In this document: piece by piece, positions 1 through 12,036 of the stretch
How the letters are laid out: every line of letters begins with the position of its first letter
Numbering within the stretch: position 1 is the stretch's first letter
NCBI RefSeq assembly: GCF_026571515.1
Contig: NW_026855294.1
Span: 806,001-870,000, forward strand
Reading direction: 5' to 3'
Source of the DNA: Ruditapes philippinarum
Lineage: Eukaryota
DNA: 64,000 nucleotides
Program-made: the position numbers and the translations under genes
Notes under the pieces: model-generated
Database searches by the model: none
Told to the model about the DNA's origin: nothing
What the model saw: the letters and a program-made list of their open reading frames with translations, nothing else

Positions 1-260
1 AAAACGGGCTTGGAATTGTAATAGTTATCAATTTTCAATTTAATTCCGAGTATATTTCGTTATTATTATTTGCAATTTTTTTCTTTTTTTATGTCCTTCC
101 AGTGATTTATGTAAAAAGATTAAATGTTATGTTTTAAGAATTTTGACCCAAGTGCAGCTCCTGAGTAAGATTATCAAGATAGCTCCTTTAAGATTGTCAA
201 GATGGTTTATTTAACATCATTCTTGTTCTTCAGAATAAAATTATTGTTGTTGTTGTTGTT
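1..260 (+). mobile_element. Possible 3' end of a non-LTR retrotransposon (AATAAA followed by a (TTG)n tail)
   Basis: AATAAA at ~235-240 is followed almost directly by TTGTTGTTGTTGTTGTT, a typical LINE-type 3' tail. No RT ORF is visible in the window. Confidence 0.3.
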
Positions 261-1438
261 CTAGAAAATGTAGCATGCTCATTTTTCCCAAGATCACTCA
301 AAAGAACTTCAAAACGAAAGAAGAAAGCTTTTTATGTTTACTTTTTAAAATGATGCATAATAAACTTTACTAAACTAAGCTATCAGGGAGGGCTATTGAA
401 AATATTAACATAAAGTCTCATTGTTTATGCATTTTGTATTCCCAACCCTGTTTGCATTCACCTCTTTGATCTTACACAGAATTGATTCGATAACAATACA
501 AATATAACTTGTTTAAAAGATACGGCTTGTTTGCGTACTAATTAGTTCCGATTTAAAAACGCTTGTTGCTACGAGCCGAAACAGTTCTTCGAAAGAATGT
601 TATCGTGATTTGAGCAGAAGACGTTTGATTTAACGCACTTGCAGATTAATTTCCAACTGATATTAATTATCGTAAGATGAAATTCTACCATATTAACATA
701 CAAACGGCATAGAGGTTTCATTTATCAGTCGTCACATAGCTTGTTTAATTAAACTCAAATAAATGAGAATTTTAGGGGATAATGTACGCGATTTGATGAA
801 AAGTTTGCCAATTATTCTAACTCTTTGTTCACGTTTAATAGGATTATTTGTGACACTAGTTGAATTGAAATGAAAGAGAACGTATGTAAGCATGAAATTG
901 ATGGAAGACGCATTTGAAACGTAAATGTCCTTCCCCGTAGATCACCCCTTGCTTTTAGTAATTAAGCCCGTTTAATTTCACATACGTCATGTAGATTCAC
1001 AATCAGGGAGTGTTATTTACCTCATTTAAGAAATACTTTTTGAAATCTCCGGGGTTTAAATATGAATTAAATAAACACTTCTTACTGCTGATTTAAGTCG
1101 ACATTTTTTGGTAACTGGTATTTTAAAGTGACAGACAATTTTATTAATCACATGCAGGTGCTAAATGATTTCTAAAATGAAAAATTATGTGGCCAAAGAC
1201 AAAAGTGATCACATTTTGAACAAGGATAGTTAAATTTAAGGATTAGTTATGTCAAAGTTCAAGCCTACTGGCACAAAAAAATTTGTGCTGTTTTTGACAT
1301 GTTTAAATTCTGACTGATAACTCCGTAAATGACAGGACTTCACTGCTTATTATAAAGTAATTGACTTGATTGAAAAAATTTCTAAAGAGATCAGTCTTGA
1401 ATCATTGGTCAGATGTAAAGTCATTTGAAAAGAACCGG

Positions 1439-1945
1439 CAAATCAAATAATTGACAGTTTTCGTGCTTAAAAATCTTTATATAATAGAACAATAGGTGTT
1501 GCTCCTGAGTGATTGAAAAGTAGATTTAAAGTCTATTTAAACCAAAAATTTAGTATTGCTGTTGCTTTTAAAGTCAAATGAAAAGAAAGAGACAAATCAA
1601 ATAATTGACAGTTTTGGTGCTTAAAAAATCTTTATAAATTTAAAGAACAATAGGTGTAGCTCCTGACTGATTGAAAGCAGATTTGAGTCGTGCCATGACA
1701 AAACCAACATAATGGGTTTGCGACCAGCATGGATCCAGACCAGCCTGCGCATCCACACAGTCTGATCAGGATCCATGCTGTTCGCTATCAGTTTCTCTAC
1801 TTGTTATAGGGTTTGTAAGCGACCAGCATGGATCCTGATCAGACTGTGCGGATGCGCAGACTGGTCTGGATCCATGCTCGTAGCAAACCCACTATGTTGG
1901 TTTTGTCGTGACGCGGCTCAATTTAGTATTGCTGTTGATTTTAGA
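1439..1945 (+). repeat. Local tandem duplication (~154-bp unit), second copy interrupted by a MITE
   Basis: CAAATCAAATAATTGACAGTTTT...GAACAATAGGTGT.GCTCCTGA.TGATTGAAA...ATTTAGTATTGCTGTTG occurs from ~1439 and again from ~1593. Confidence 0.75.
1685..1919. mobile_element. Palindromic MITE, copy 1 (GAG...CTC termini; possibly Sola-type)
   Basis: Inverted arms of ~100 bp (GAGTCGTGCCATGACAAAACCAACAT.../...ATGTTGGTTTTGTCGTGACGCGGCTC). Near-identical copies lie at 3024-3258 and 41527-41662. Flanks are AWWT. Confidence 0.85.
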
Positions 1946-3023
1946 AGTGATATAGAATCTCTACTTTATTTAAGTTTATTAAAGGAGAAAAAAAGTCATG
2001 AATGTGATTTTTTTTACTTCTAAACTTGATTAAATATTTAAGCAACATCCTTTGTGCGCTTATTTTTTCGCTACAATTTAGGTACGAATAAAAAAAAATC
2101 GGAAGTTCTTGAGTTAACAAGTTGGCACGGGGAATAATTTCAGCATTAAGACTATCAGACCAACCGGCCAATCGACTTTGTTCATTAATTTCAAGTTAAT
2201 TTCTTCATTAACACGTGCACTGATATGAAAGAAATTTCATAGTTATCATGTAAAAACAGTAGTATCGTATAATTTCACAGAACCCCTCTCTTAAATTAAA
2301 ATCAATCTCCTTCCAGCTTTGATGTTATTTAATCAAGACATATTTTATTACCTTTTATCTTTCGACACAGCAAAAATCAGAGGGAAATAGGGCAAATTAG
2401 TTAAGATTTAAGTGACCCATGATGGCTGCCTGTAATCATTATCCAAGTCATATGTTCTAGATTGCCAGGGAAACATTTTGGCATTTTAAAATAATGAATT
2501 AAAAAAAAATTTCGCTATTAAAACTAATATTTTACTAGAAACATTTTAGAAGATTTCAACTCGGAGACATAGTGCTGATGTTAAGCAATTTTCGTGGAAC
2601 ATGGAAAAGGGCATGATTTCAGTTTTGTTTGTTTGTTTGTTTTTACGGCAATGTTTGTGTCATTTTTTCAGCAACATTTCTATAAATTATTCATTTAGGA
2701 AGAATTCTTTATATCTGTACCAGTCCTAACCAGCCTTTATACTGATAGGTCCACAGAAGTCACTTGAACCACAGAGCCAGAGGTGCCCAATGCATTAACC
2801 CTTACCATGTTTACTGTCATTTTTCCTTTTTCCAATCTGGACAAAACTGTTCATCATTCTTCAGGTAACATTTCATAATAAATACTGACTGAATAGCAAA
2901 CAGTGCAAGAACATGATCAGACAGCATAAAAATGTCGGCCTATCAGATGCCTCTGATCTTGGTCAGACCCGGCCACTTAGGTAGATTCAGTTGCGGCTAG
3001 CAGTGGCTAAGAGTAAAACATTT

Positions 3024-3258
3024 GAGTCGTGTCATGACAAAACCAACATAGTGCATTTGTGACCAGCATGGATCCAGACCAGCCTGCACATCCGCGCAGT
3101 CTGATCAGGATCCATGCTGGTCGCTTACAAACCCTATAACAAGTAGAGAAACTGATAGCGAACAGCATGGATCCTGATCAGACTGCGCGGATGCGCAGGC
3201 TGGTCTGGATCCATGCTGGTCGCAAACCCATTATGTTGGTTATGTCATGACGCGGCTC
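3024..3258. mobile_element. Palindromic MITE, copy 2 (inverted relative to copy 1), ATTT target-site duplication
   Basis: Same TIRs as copy 1, with the central spacer reverse-complemented. Flanks read ATTT|GAG...CTC|ATTT. Confidence 0.85.
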
Positions 3259-3759
3259 ATTTCACAAGACGAACCATAGTTATAATTGTCATTAACCAGA
3301 TCATTGTAGAAAACATTATGCATTCAGAAAGCCTATCAAACTTACAAATCTATCTGAAACTTAGATCCATAGGTCTTACATTATAATGCTGAACCATCAT
3401 GTAACACAATGTTAAGCTGAATGAATGCTGATTATTATCTTGCAGTTCAGCTTCAAAGCATCTGACTACCATCTGAAATAGGCTGAAGAGGCTTACACCT
3501 GGGTTCAAACTTGTTCAGGGTATAGAATATGTCTGGGGGAAAAAACAACTTAAAAAAGCCTCTAAAAATATGTCAGTTTCATAATTTCAGTCTTGTTTCA
3601 GATTCAGCAAATGATCAGTCTTGTTTCAGAAATAAACAAAGAAAGATATAGCCAATTTAACTAGAAATCAGATTGGCTGATTTTCAGCCACTTGCCCCTC
3701 TTAGCTTTAGATTTGACTTTTGCAAGGGACATCTAACTTTCATCTACTTAACAGGAATT

Positions 3760-5470
3760 ATCATTTGTGGTGGCTCATTTGTTGGAATGGTGTTTGAATC
3801 ACAATAGATTCTTGTTGATTCATCTTTTGGAATGGCGTTTGAATGACACTCATTCTTGGTTGTTTATCTCTTGGAACAGTGTTTAAATGACTGGATAAAT
3901 CAATTGCTATGGTTGATTTGCTGTAATAACGTTGAAATGAATGGTGCACACATTCTTGAAATGGTGTTTGAATGACTGGCAAAAATATTTGTTTTGGTTG
4001 ATTTGTTGGAATGGTGTTTGAATGACTGGCACACATATTTGTTGTGGTTGATTGGTTGAAATGGTGTTTGAATGACTGGCACAATCATTTGTTGTGGTTG
4101 TTTTGTTGGAATAGGGTTTGAATGGCTGACACAATCATTTATTGTGCTTGATTTATTGAAATGGTGTTTGAATGTCTGGCACAATCATTATTTGTGGTTG
4201 ATTTGTTGAAATGGTATTTGAATGCATGGCACAATCATTTGTTGTGGTTGATTTATTGGAATGGCGTTTGAATGACTGGCACAATCATTTGTTGTGGTTG
4301 ATTTAATGGAATGGCGTTTGAATGACTGGCACAATCATTTGTTCTGGTTGATTTGTTGGAATGGTGTTTGAATGTCTGGCACAATCATTTGTTCTGGTTA
4401 ATTTGTTGAAATGGTGTTTGAATGACTGACACAATCATTTGTTGTGCTTGATTTGTTGAAATGGTGTTTGAATGACTGGCACAATCATTTGTTGTGCTTG
4501 ATTTGTTGAAATGGTGTTTGAATGACTGGCACAATCATTTGTTGTGCTTGATTTGTTAAAATTGTGTTTGAATGACTGACACAATCATTTATCGTGGTTA
4601 ATTTGTTGAAATGGTGTTTGAATGACTGGCACAATCATTTGTTGTGCTTGATTTGTTGAAATGGTGTTTGATTGACTGACACAATCATTATTTGTGGTTG
4701 ATTTAATGAAATGGTGTTTGAATGACTGGCACAATCATTTGTTGTGCTTGATTTGTTGAAATGGTGTTAATAGTGTTTGAAAGACTGGCACAATCATTTG
4801 TTGTGCTTGACTTGTTGAAATGGTGTTTGAATGACTTGCACAATCATTTGTTGTGCTTTATTTATTGAAATGGTGTTTGAATGAGTGGCACAATCATTTG
4901 TTGTGCTTGATTTGTTGAAATGGTGTTTGAATGAGTGGCACAATCATTTGTTGTGGTTGATTTGTTGAAATGGTGTTTGAATGACTGGCACAATCATTTG
5001 TTGAAGTTGATTTGTTGAAATGGTGTTTGAATGACTGGCACAATCATTTGTTGTGGTTGATTTGTTGAAATGGTGTTTGAATGACTGGCACAATCATTTG
5101 TTGTGCTTGATTTGTTGAAATGGTGTTTGAATGAGTGGCACAATCATTTGTTGTGCTTGATTTGTTGAAATGGTGTTTGAATGACTGGCACAATCATTTG
5201 TTGTGCTTGATTTGTTGAAATGGTGTTTGAATAACTGGCACAATCATTTGTTGTGCTTGATTTGTTGAAATGGTGTTTGAATAACTGGCACAATCATTTG
5301 TTGTGGTTGATTTGTTGAAATGATGTTTGAATCACTGGCACAATCATTTGTTGTGGTAGATTTGTTGGAATGCTGTTTGAATAACAGGAATACTCATTCA
5401 AGATGAATCATCAATTAAAATGGGGTTTAATTTCATGGAACACTCTTTTATTTGTTAGAATGGTGTTTAA
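3760..5470. repeat. 50-bp minisatellite, ~33 copies
   Basis: Unit AATGACTGGCACAATCATTTGTTGTGCTTGATTTGTTGAAATGGTGTTTG. The core is homogeneous and the edges are degenerate. Confidence 0.95.
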
Positions 5471-8011
5471 ATCACAATTATTTAATATTTTAAGATATTT
5501 AGGGGGTAAACTAATGACAATCAGTTCCATATTCAAAGAAGATGAAAAATCTTGAAAACAATGTATTGTTTAACTGCTGTGTCACCATAATTTATAAACA
5601 TATTGGCAATCACATAAATGAATAAGTAATCTAACTATTCTTGCTTGAAGGATGCAAATTATGGGTATTTAAATAGTTTTGCATTTATTCCATAAAAAAT
5701 GTCATTGGTAGTATTGATATAAGAGTAAGAGTTTTGTAGGAGGATTTTCAACATTTGTCCCGATTCCTGAATAAATGATAAATTTGTTGGAAAGTATTAC
5801 TTCAGATATCGCCTTGATGGGTATCTAATTGTTAGAAAATATTAAAGCAGCTGTCTCATTGCTTGATAATAAAATGTTCTCATCATTTTAAGTGAAAATA
5901 AATAAGAATTTCAAGAAAACAATAGCAAATAATAAATTTTACAGAAAGGAATTTTCAATTAATCTTTCATAATTTATGTAGCATATTGCATATTAAAGAT
6001 TCACTTGTATTTTATGACATGGTTGCTTTAATTTTGTTGGGTTCCTTTTTGTTTTTAATTTATTTTATGAATCAAAAGAAAATGTATACAGTTTTATGAG
6101 AGCATGTATGCTGCTTTTCATATATTTTTGTATACCATATTAAAAGTGCTTTAATTTGCATTGCTTTATAAGAAAAGTTGCCCTTTATAATTTTTTTAAA
6201 GAATTGTCTTTGAAAAGAAACTGCAATTAATGTTTTGTATTTCTTTTAATCATATGAGGTAATTCCACTAATTTTGAAATAATTAGATTTAAAGTACATT
6301 TATTTTTTCCCTATTTAAAGTAATGCAAAATCAGTTTTTGGAATGAATCTTTCAGAGTTATATATGACACAGTTTCTTTAACTTGGAATTGCCTAGAAGA
6401 GTAGACTTTTTCATTAGATATTGATCTTTGGAATAATTGCAGATGGATCATTATTTATGTGTTTCTTCTGCAAACAGTTATCCTCAATTACTACGATATT
6501 CCATCATTTTATGGTAGAAAGAGATTTTGTCTAAGGAAATCTGCAGAAATAATTGTTGAAAGATATTTTGTCCCCAGTTTGTGACATCTTGATAAATGTT
6601 AAAATAAAGTTTTTTTTTGCCTATTTAACAGTGATGTCAAAGTTTCCTAGGAAAATTAAAGCTCTTCTTAAGTTTTATTGTTACAAATTGAAAATGTTTT
6701 ATATGCTATTTTTATGCTAGTTTTTTTACCCTATTGTTTTATTTGTCTTATTGCCTATAGTTATATTTGATATTTTTATCAAAATATGCATTAATACCAG
6801 ATTTTGTGGCTTCATAAAGTTTTTACTTTACAATTTAAGTTGTATGAAATATTTGCAAAAATGAAGAATTTTTTGCCATTTCTTATTTACTAATTTTGCT
6901 TTATTTTTGCTTTAGTTTATTGTTTAAACTTTTGTTGCTTATTTGTCAAGATGCAACAAAAAATTGTACCATCCTGTTATTGATTCATCTTGTTGTTTCT
7001 GAAATTGTCAATCATAGATTTTAAATATTTATTGGTTGAAATGCGCAAAAAAATTGTCATTGTCACTCTTAGATATGTATTGACAGTGTGTACCAGTCTT
7101 TATGTTCTTGTCATTGTCATGTCAAGTGTTTTGTCATAGTATTGTTCCCTGTTTTTGTCACACTGAGTTTGTCATATTTACATGTCCTCAGATTTTCCAC
7201 TTTCTTATTGCCAAGAACTTTTCCAGATTTTTGTAGTCCCCCATTTCCCCAGTAGCATTGCCATTGCCAGGGACTTTGTCAAGTTCTTATTACCAGATGT
7301 TGCCTATTTGATCAAATATTGTCAGAACAATTTGCCACAATTTATTTCAAGAGTATTGCCAGAAATCTTTTTCAGTTTACTGTCACATTTTAAAAATTGT
7401 CTGACAATGTGCAACATTTTCATTGTCAGTCATTTTGTCTCATTGTTATTGTCAGAACAATTTTGTCACATGATGCAAAAGAGAAGAAAAAAATCATGCA
7501 TAAGGTTTTGATTAGTTTTCTATTGTTCAAGGTATCACTCATGAATTCATAACCATAAGTCTGTAGATATAAGTTGTGATGAAGGTGGAAGGGAGATAAC
7601 TCAAATATACAGATAAGGCAGGTGTATGTAATGGGTTGTTAAGTTCCCTCAATCAAAATTGTATGTTCATCAATGAAGAAATAGAAATAACCGACACAAC
7701 CTGATTTTCAACAATATTCATTCTTTCATATATTTTTTGTGTGCGATTTAATTAGAGTAACTCCAATGCTTCACTAAAGAATGTCTTAATGTAAACGGAG
7801 GCTGATAAAACGGGAAAGGTTTTATTTATCTAAGTCGGCCCTGCTAGGATATGTGTTTTCCAATTAACTGAGTAATTAGGATGCAGGTGTTAAATTGAAG
7901 TGTATAAAATATCGGTGATCTGAATGCATTATAGACGAAATGTTAATAGTGTATGGGATGGTTTTCAGATGAAATGATAATTATATAGTAATTATTTTGT
8001 CATTAAAATTC

Positions 8012-8046
<35 letters not shown>

Positions 8047-9869
8047 CGCACTTGATGTAGAATATATTTTCACTGTTTTCAATGATCTTACCTTTTGTCA
8101 TTGTTCGTCAGGGGCGACTTATGGGTATATTATATATTAAAGTATTTTCAACTAAATTTGTGGTTAAAATGAAATAAGATGTTCTATGATCTGCTTTCAA
8201 AGTGATTATAGAGTGTAAGCTCGTCAACTCAGGGATCATGGCCTTGAAATTTACTGGGGTCTTGGCTATGTTAATCTTATGAAGCGTTGGCTACCTTTCA
8301 GGGATGAATAATTTTTTATTGAAACTTGTGGTTAAAATAAAACAAAATGAATTTCAGTCTGCTCTAAAGTGTGGCTGATGGGACTTCTTCCTAACCCAGG
8401 GATTGTAGGTTTGAGCCCTACTTAACAGAGGTCTTATATATGTTTCATCATAATTATGACACCAGTATAGGATAATTTCAGGAAATGTTGATTTTACTGC
8501 CAAACATTATAGTTTTGGATACTGTTTGAATATTTATTTTTTATTATTTTCCTGTGCTTTGCGTTTTAATGTAGATAATTACTTGCCTGTATCAAAATGT
8601 AACCATGCAGACTAATTGGGTTTGATGCCATTGGCTATCCAAATTTCAGAATTTTGATATGGAACTCCCTTAAAATCCTGTGACATTGGTTCAGACTCAA
8701 ATTAAGGGAAGTGCAAACCTATACCACATGTACCACAATTAAAGAGAAGTCTAACCAGGCTCCATACCAATAGATGTCCAAATTTCAGAATTTTGATATG
8801 GAACTTTGTTGAATTTCTAATGTACAAAATCCAAAATTGAAACAAGATAACTACAAACCTTTCAGGCTATGCCACCAGTACTGTGCAGTCTGACCAGGCT
8901 TGATACTATTGGCTCTCCAGTTGAGTATTTTTATACGGGACTTAAATATTCCTATTTTACTGGTCCAAATTTAAAAACGGGACATAATTTTATCATTAAG
9001 TTTTGCATGGGATAAGTTTAAAGTTCTTGTATTTTGACTGAATGTATTGCTGTGTATTATTGTACTTTTTTTTTCTCGGTGACTTTGAAAGCCATATATA
9101 AGAACTTATTATATATTTAGGCTTTTAAAGTTTCCATGTTGATTTATGTTCAGGAATAGAATTAAATGAATTAGCTGAGGGATAACTGGCTGAAGTAATC
9201 CTATTAACTCGTCTAGAGCATTCATTACAATATATTCAATTAACAGTTCTAGACCAAAACATGGAAGAAGCTATGTGTGAACTGTTCGATGTATTTATGT
9301 ACACAAGTGTGAGAAATTTCAGTAAAATGGGTGCCGTTAACAATTTTAAATGTCTACGCAAGCATTTTTTGCCCTTATTAGACTAATGAAAAATGTCCTT
9401 AAACAGGTCAGTGTGTTTACGGGAGAAGACGAAGTGTCATTTCATTTTGAGAGATAAGCTGTTAATTTTTGCGCATTACACGCCGTAGATGTACAAAACA
9501 TGTGAGCTCATTTTTGCATTTGACTGTAATTCTATGTCTGCTACTGTGCCAAAATTGTCATAAAAGTAACAGCAGGAATAATGTCAATGTACACATTAGA
9601 TACGGGTTTTGCTGTACCACATTTCATGGTCTTTATTTAGTTCAATTGTTTGGTTTGGCAGAATCTGTGGTAAATGATGTAGCAGATTCAATGACTACAA
9701 ATATAACTATTTTCATGTCATAATTTTTAGGAAATTGTTTTTGTTTTTTAAGATTAAAGCAGATGGGAAAAAAAAGAAACTAACAGTATTTGATGTTTCA
9801 TTGTAATTTATGAGGCAAAATTCCATCTGCAGTTGTTGCAATGATCAAAATAGTAATAATCTTATAAGT

Positions 9870-10260
9870 TTTTGTTAGTTTTGTTTTAAATCACATGATT
9901 ACTGTAAATGTGTTATGGTGACATGCCAGCTTTATTTGTGGAAGAAGATCAGGGCGTTTTTTTTTCACAGGTAGAGGAAGTGGCCTTTCTTTAAATTTAG
10001 GGGAAAGTAACACAGTATTTTTGGAGAGAAAAAAAGGGAAGTAAAAGATGATGTTAATTGAATTTTATGGGAAAATTCCATGATTTAAGGGGGAAAATAA
10101 TCCAGAGGGGACCATGCCCATTTACTGCCCTTGCTATAGAAGAATAAAGCCCTGAAGACTTGAGATGCCTCTTCTTGTACATTATTCCAAGTAGGAGTTG
10201 GCACCTGCATAGAATGTTCTTATGTCAGCGAGCAGGATAGTTACCAACAAGCAGTACAAA
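9870..10260 (-). mobile_element. Degenerate SINE-like copy interrupted by a small TIR element
   Basis: The reverse complement resembles the 17490-17690 and 11230-11402 copies (…GGAATAATGTACAAGAAGAGGCATCTCAAGTCTT…AAATAAAGCTGG…). Confidence 0.45.
9950..10154. mobile_element. Small CAGGG...CCCTG MITE (hAT-like)
   Basis: Termini CAGGGC/GCCCTG, repeated internal GGGAAA motifs, and AAGAT/AAGAC flanks (a degenerate 5-bp TSD). Confidence 0.45.
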
Positions 10261-11229
10261 CAATTTGATGGTTAATGTTCATAAGAACCTTTACTTATAT
10301 ATGGCAGCAATATGTGACCAAAAGCTGTAAAAAGCCTTTAATGATGTACTTTTGTGCCGGGAAATACATGTGTTACGCATGTGAATGGATTCATTCCATA
10401 AATTTCCTTAAATGTTTGGCTTTATGAAGCAATTTTTTAACTGTCTGGCTCTATATGGCTACAGGAAACTTTTTAATTCTTTGTACATATATAAATACAT
10501 ACATACATTCTTAAAATTTAACGTTTTTTGGCAAACAGAAATGATTTATTTAAAGCTGTTAACTTTTATTCTTTAGATTGCCCATTTACTTTTAAAGTTT
10601 ACTTAGAATATACGAAGATAATAGCTCAATTTTGCTTATATAGTCTGGAATTGTAAACTCATTTTTCAAAATCTAAAAAAAAAAGAGTAGATTTGTAATT
10701 TTGTATGCTGTCTAGTTGGAACAAATGGCAGGAAAATGGAAGCCAGAGCTGCGGAATTAGTTGATATCAAACTGTTTAAATAACGTCACGCAGATCTTAT
10801 AAACTTGGTGGTGTTTCTGTTGGTATTTCAAGAAATTTTGCTTAATAGATTACATAAATGGCAAATGCCCTGTGGCAAAAGACCCAAGTGACTAGTAGTA
10901 GTATAGACGAAGATAAGGTCACCGTCTGTTCACTATTCAATCAGTACTTATTTTGAAATTTTTCCCTAAACTTTCTGATGGTATGGTAAAAATTGAAAGA
11001 TTGACAAATTTGGTAAAAATTGAAAGATGGACAAGACCATTTATCATGGTTAGGGTTACTTATATAAAGCTTGATTATACGCCACTTTCAGATACTTCCT
11101 ATACAAATATGTCAAAATTTATTCAAAATTGCTATTTTTAGGGTTGACTGCAAAACTGCAGTAACTTACATGGCATTAAAAGGAATTACAACAGTCTTGC
11201 AGTCAACCCTTGATTTGGACTATGATATG

Positions 11230-11402
11230 GTTAACCATATCTAACCTGCTGTAGCTCACTGAAGGGTTGTCTTGTTTTACTAGGGGTCCCACATTGTGCC
11301 TGAAATAATGCAGACAGTGAGATCTGAAATTTGAGGATCCTCCATCTGTAAAAATGGAAAAATACCATCTTAATTTGACTGTCAAGTGTTGTTAAAAACA
11401 AA
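11230..11402 (+). mobile_element. Degenerate SINE-like remnant
   Basis: Shares TTGTGCCTGAAATAATG and an A-rich TTAAAAACAAA end with the 17490-17690 copy. Confidence 0.4.
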
Positions 11403-12036
11403 GGTGAAGGCGAAAAGAGACAAAATATAGTGGTAAAATAAAATTGCAAATGTGATAATAATAAAGAAAATGATAATATTGACTTGAGCTCATGAAGAGA
11501 ATGTAAATTACAGACATATGATATGAAAACTTGATTTTGTATTATGGCATTGAAACATTTCAATGACTTTAAAATCAAGCAAAATATAGGGGGAAATGTC
11601 AAAAGCAAACATGTTTATCCAATGGTATGTTAGATGTAAGCAGTGATTTGTCTGTACTAGTAGTTTGAAAATATGCCAGTCTGTGCATAATTTCTGGCCT
11701 CAAACTATTGGCTGATTAGTTTTAGCCTTTTGTCTATCAAAATCCCTAACATCAATGAGCTGTAGTACCAAATGCAAATCAAGTACAAAATTAAGCAAGC
11801 AAATTGTGCGAGGTAAGGGTAAATAGGGGATCAAAATTTAATACTGGTTCTCTTGTTTGAAATGTAGTTCAGACCTTCAACTGATTTCTTTTACACTGAC
11901 TGCATTGTGCAGATAAATTTCTTAATTTTGTAATTCCCGAAAGGTTGAAACATATTCATATAGACTTCTCAGGTCAAAAGATGTTTAACTGTGTTTAACT
12001 GTAAAATTGTTTCCATTTCAGGTTAAAGGTTTAAAG

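Noticed and set aside
3761-4184. Overlapping 75-107 aa minus-strand ORFs
   Set aside because: They are translations of the 50-bp minisatellite.
8200-8480. tRNA-like B-box fragments (also ~15720-15830 on the minus strand)
   Set aside because: No cloverleaf can be formed; these are most likely decayed SINE heads, too degenerate to delimit.
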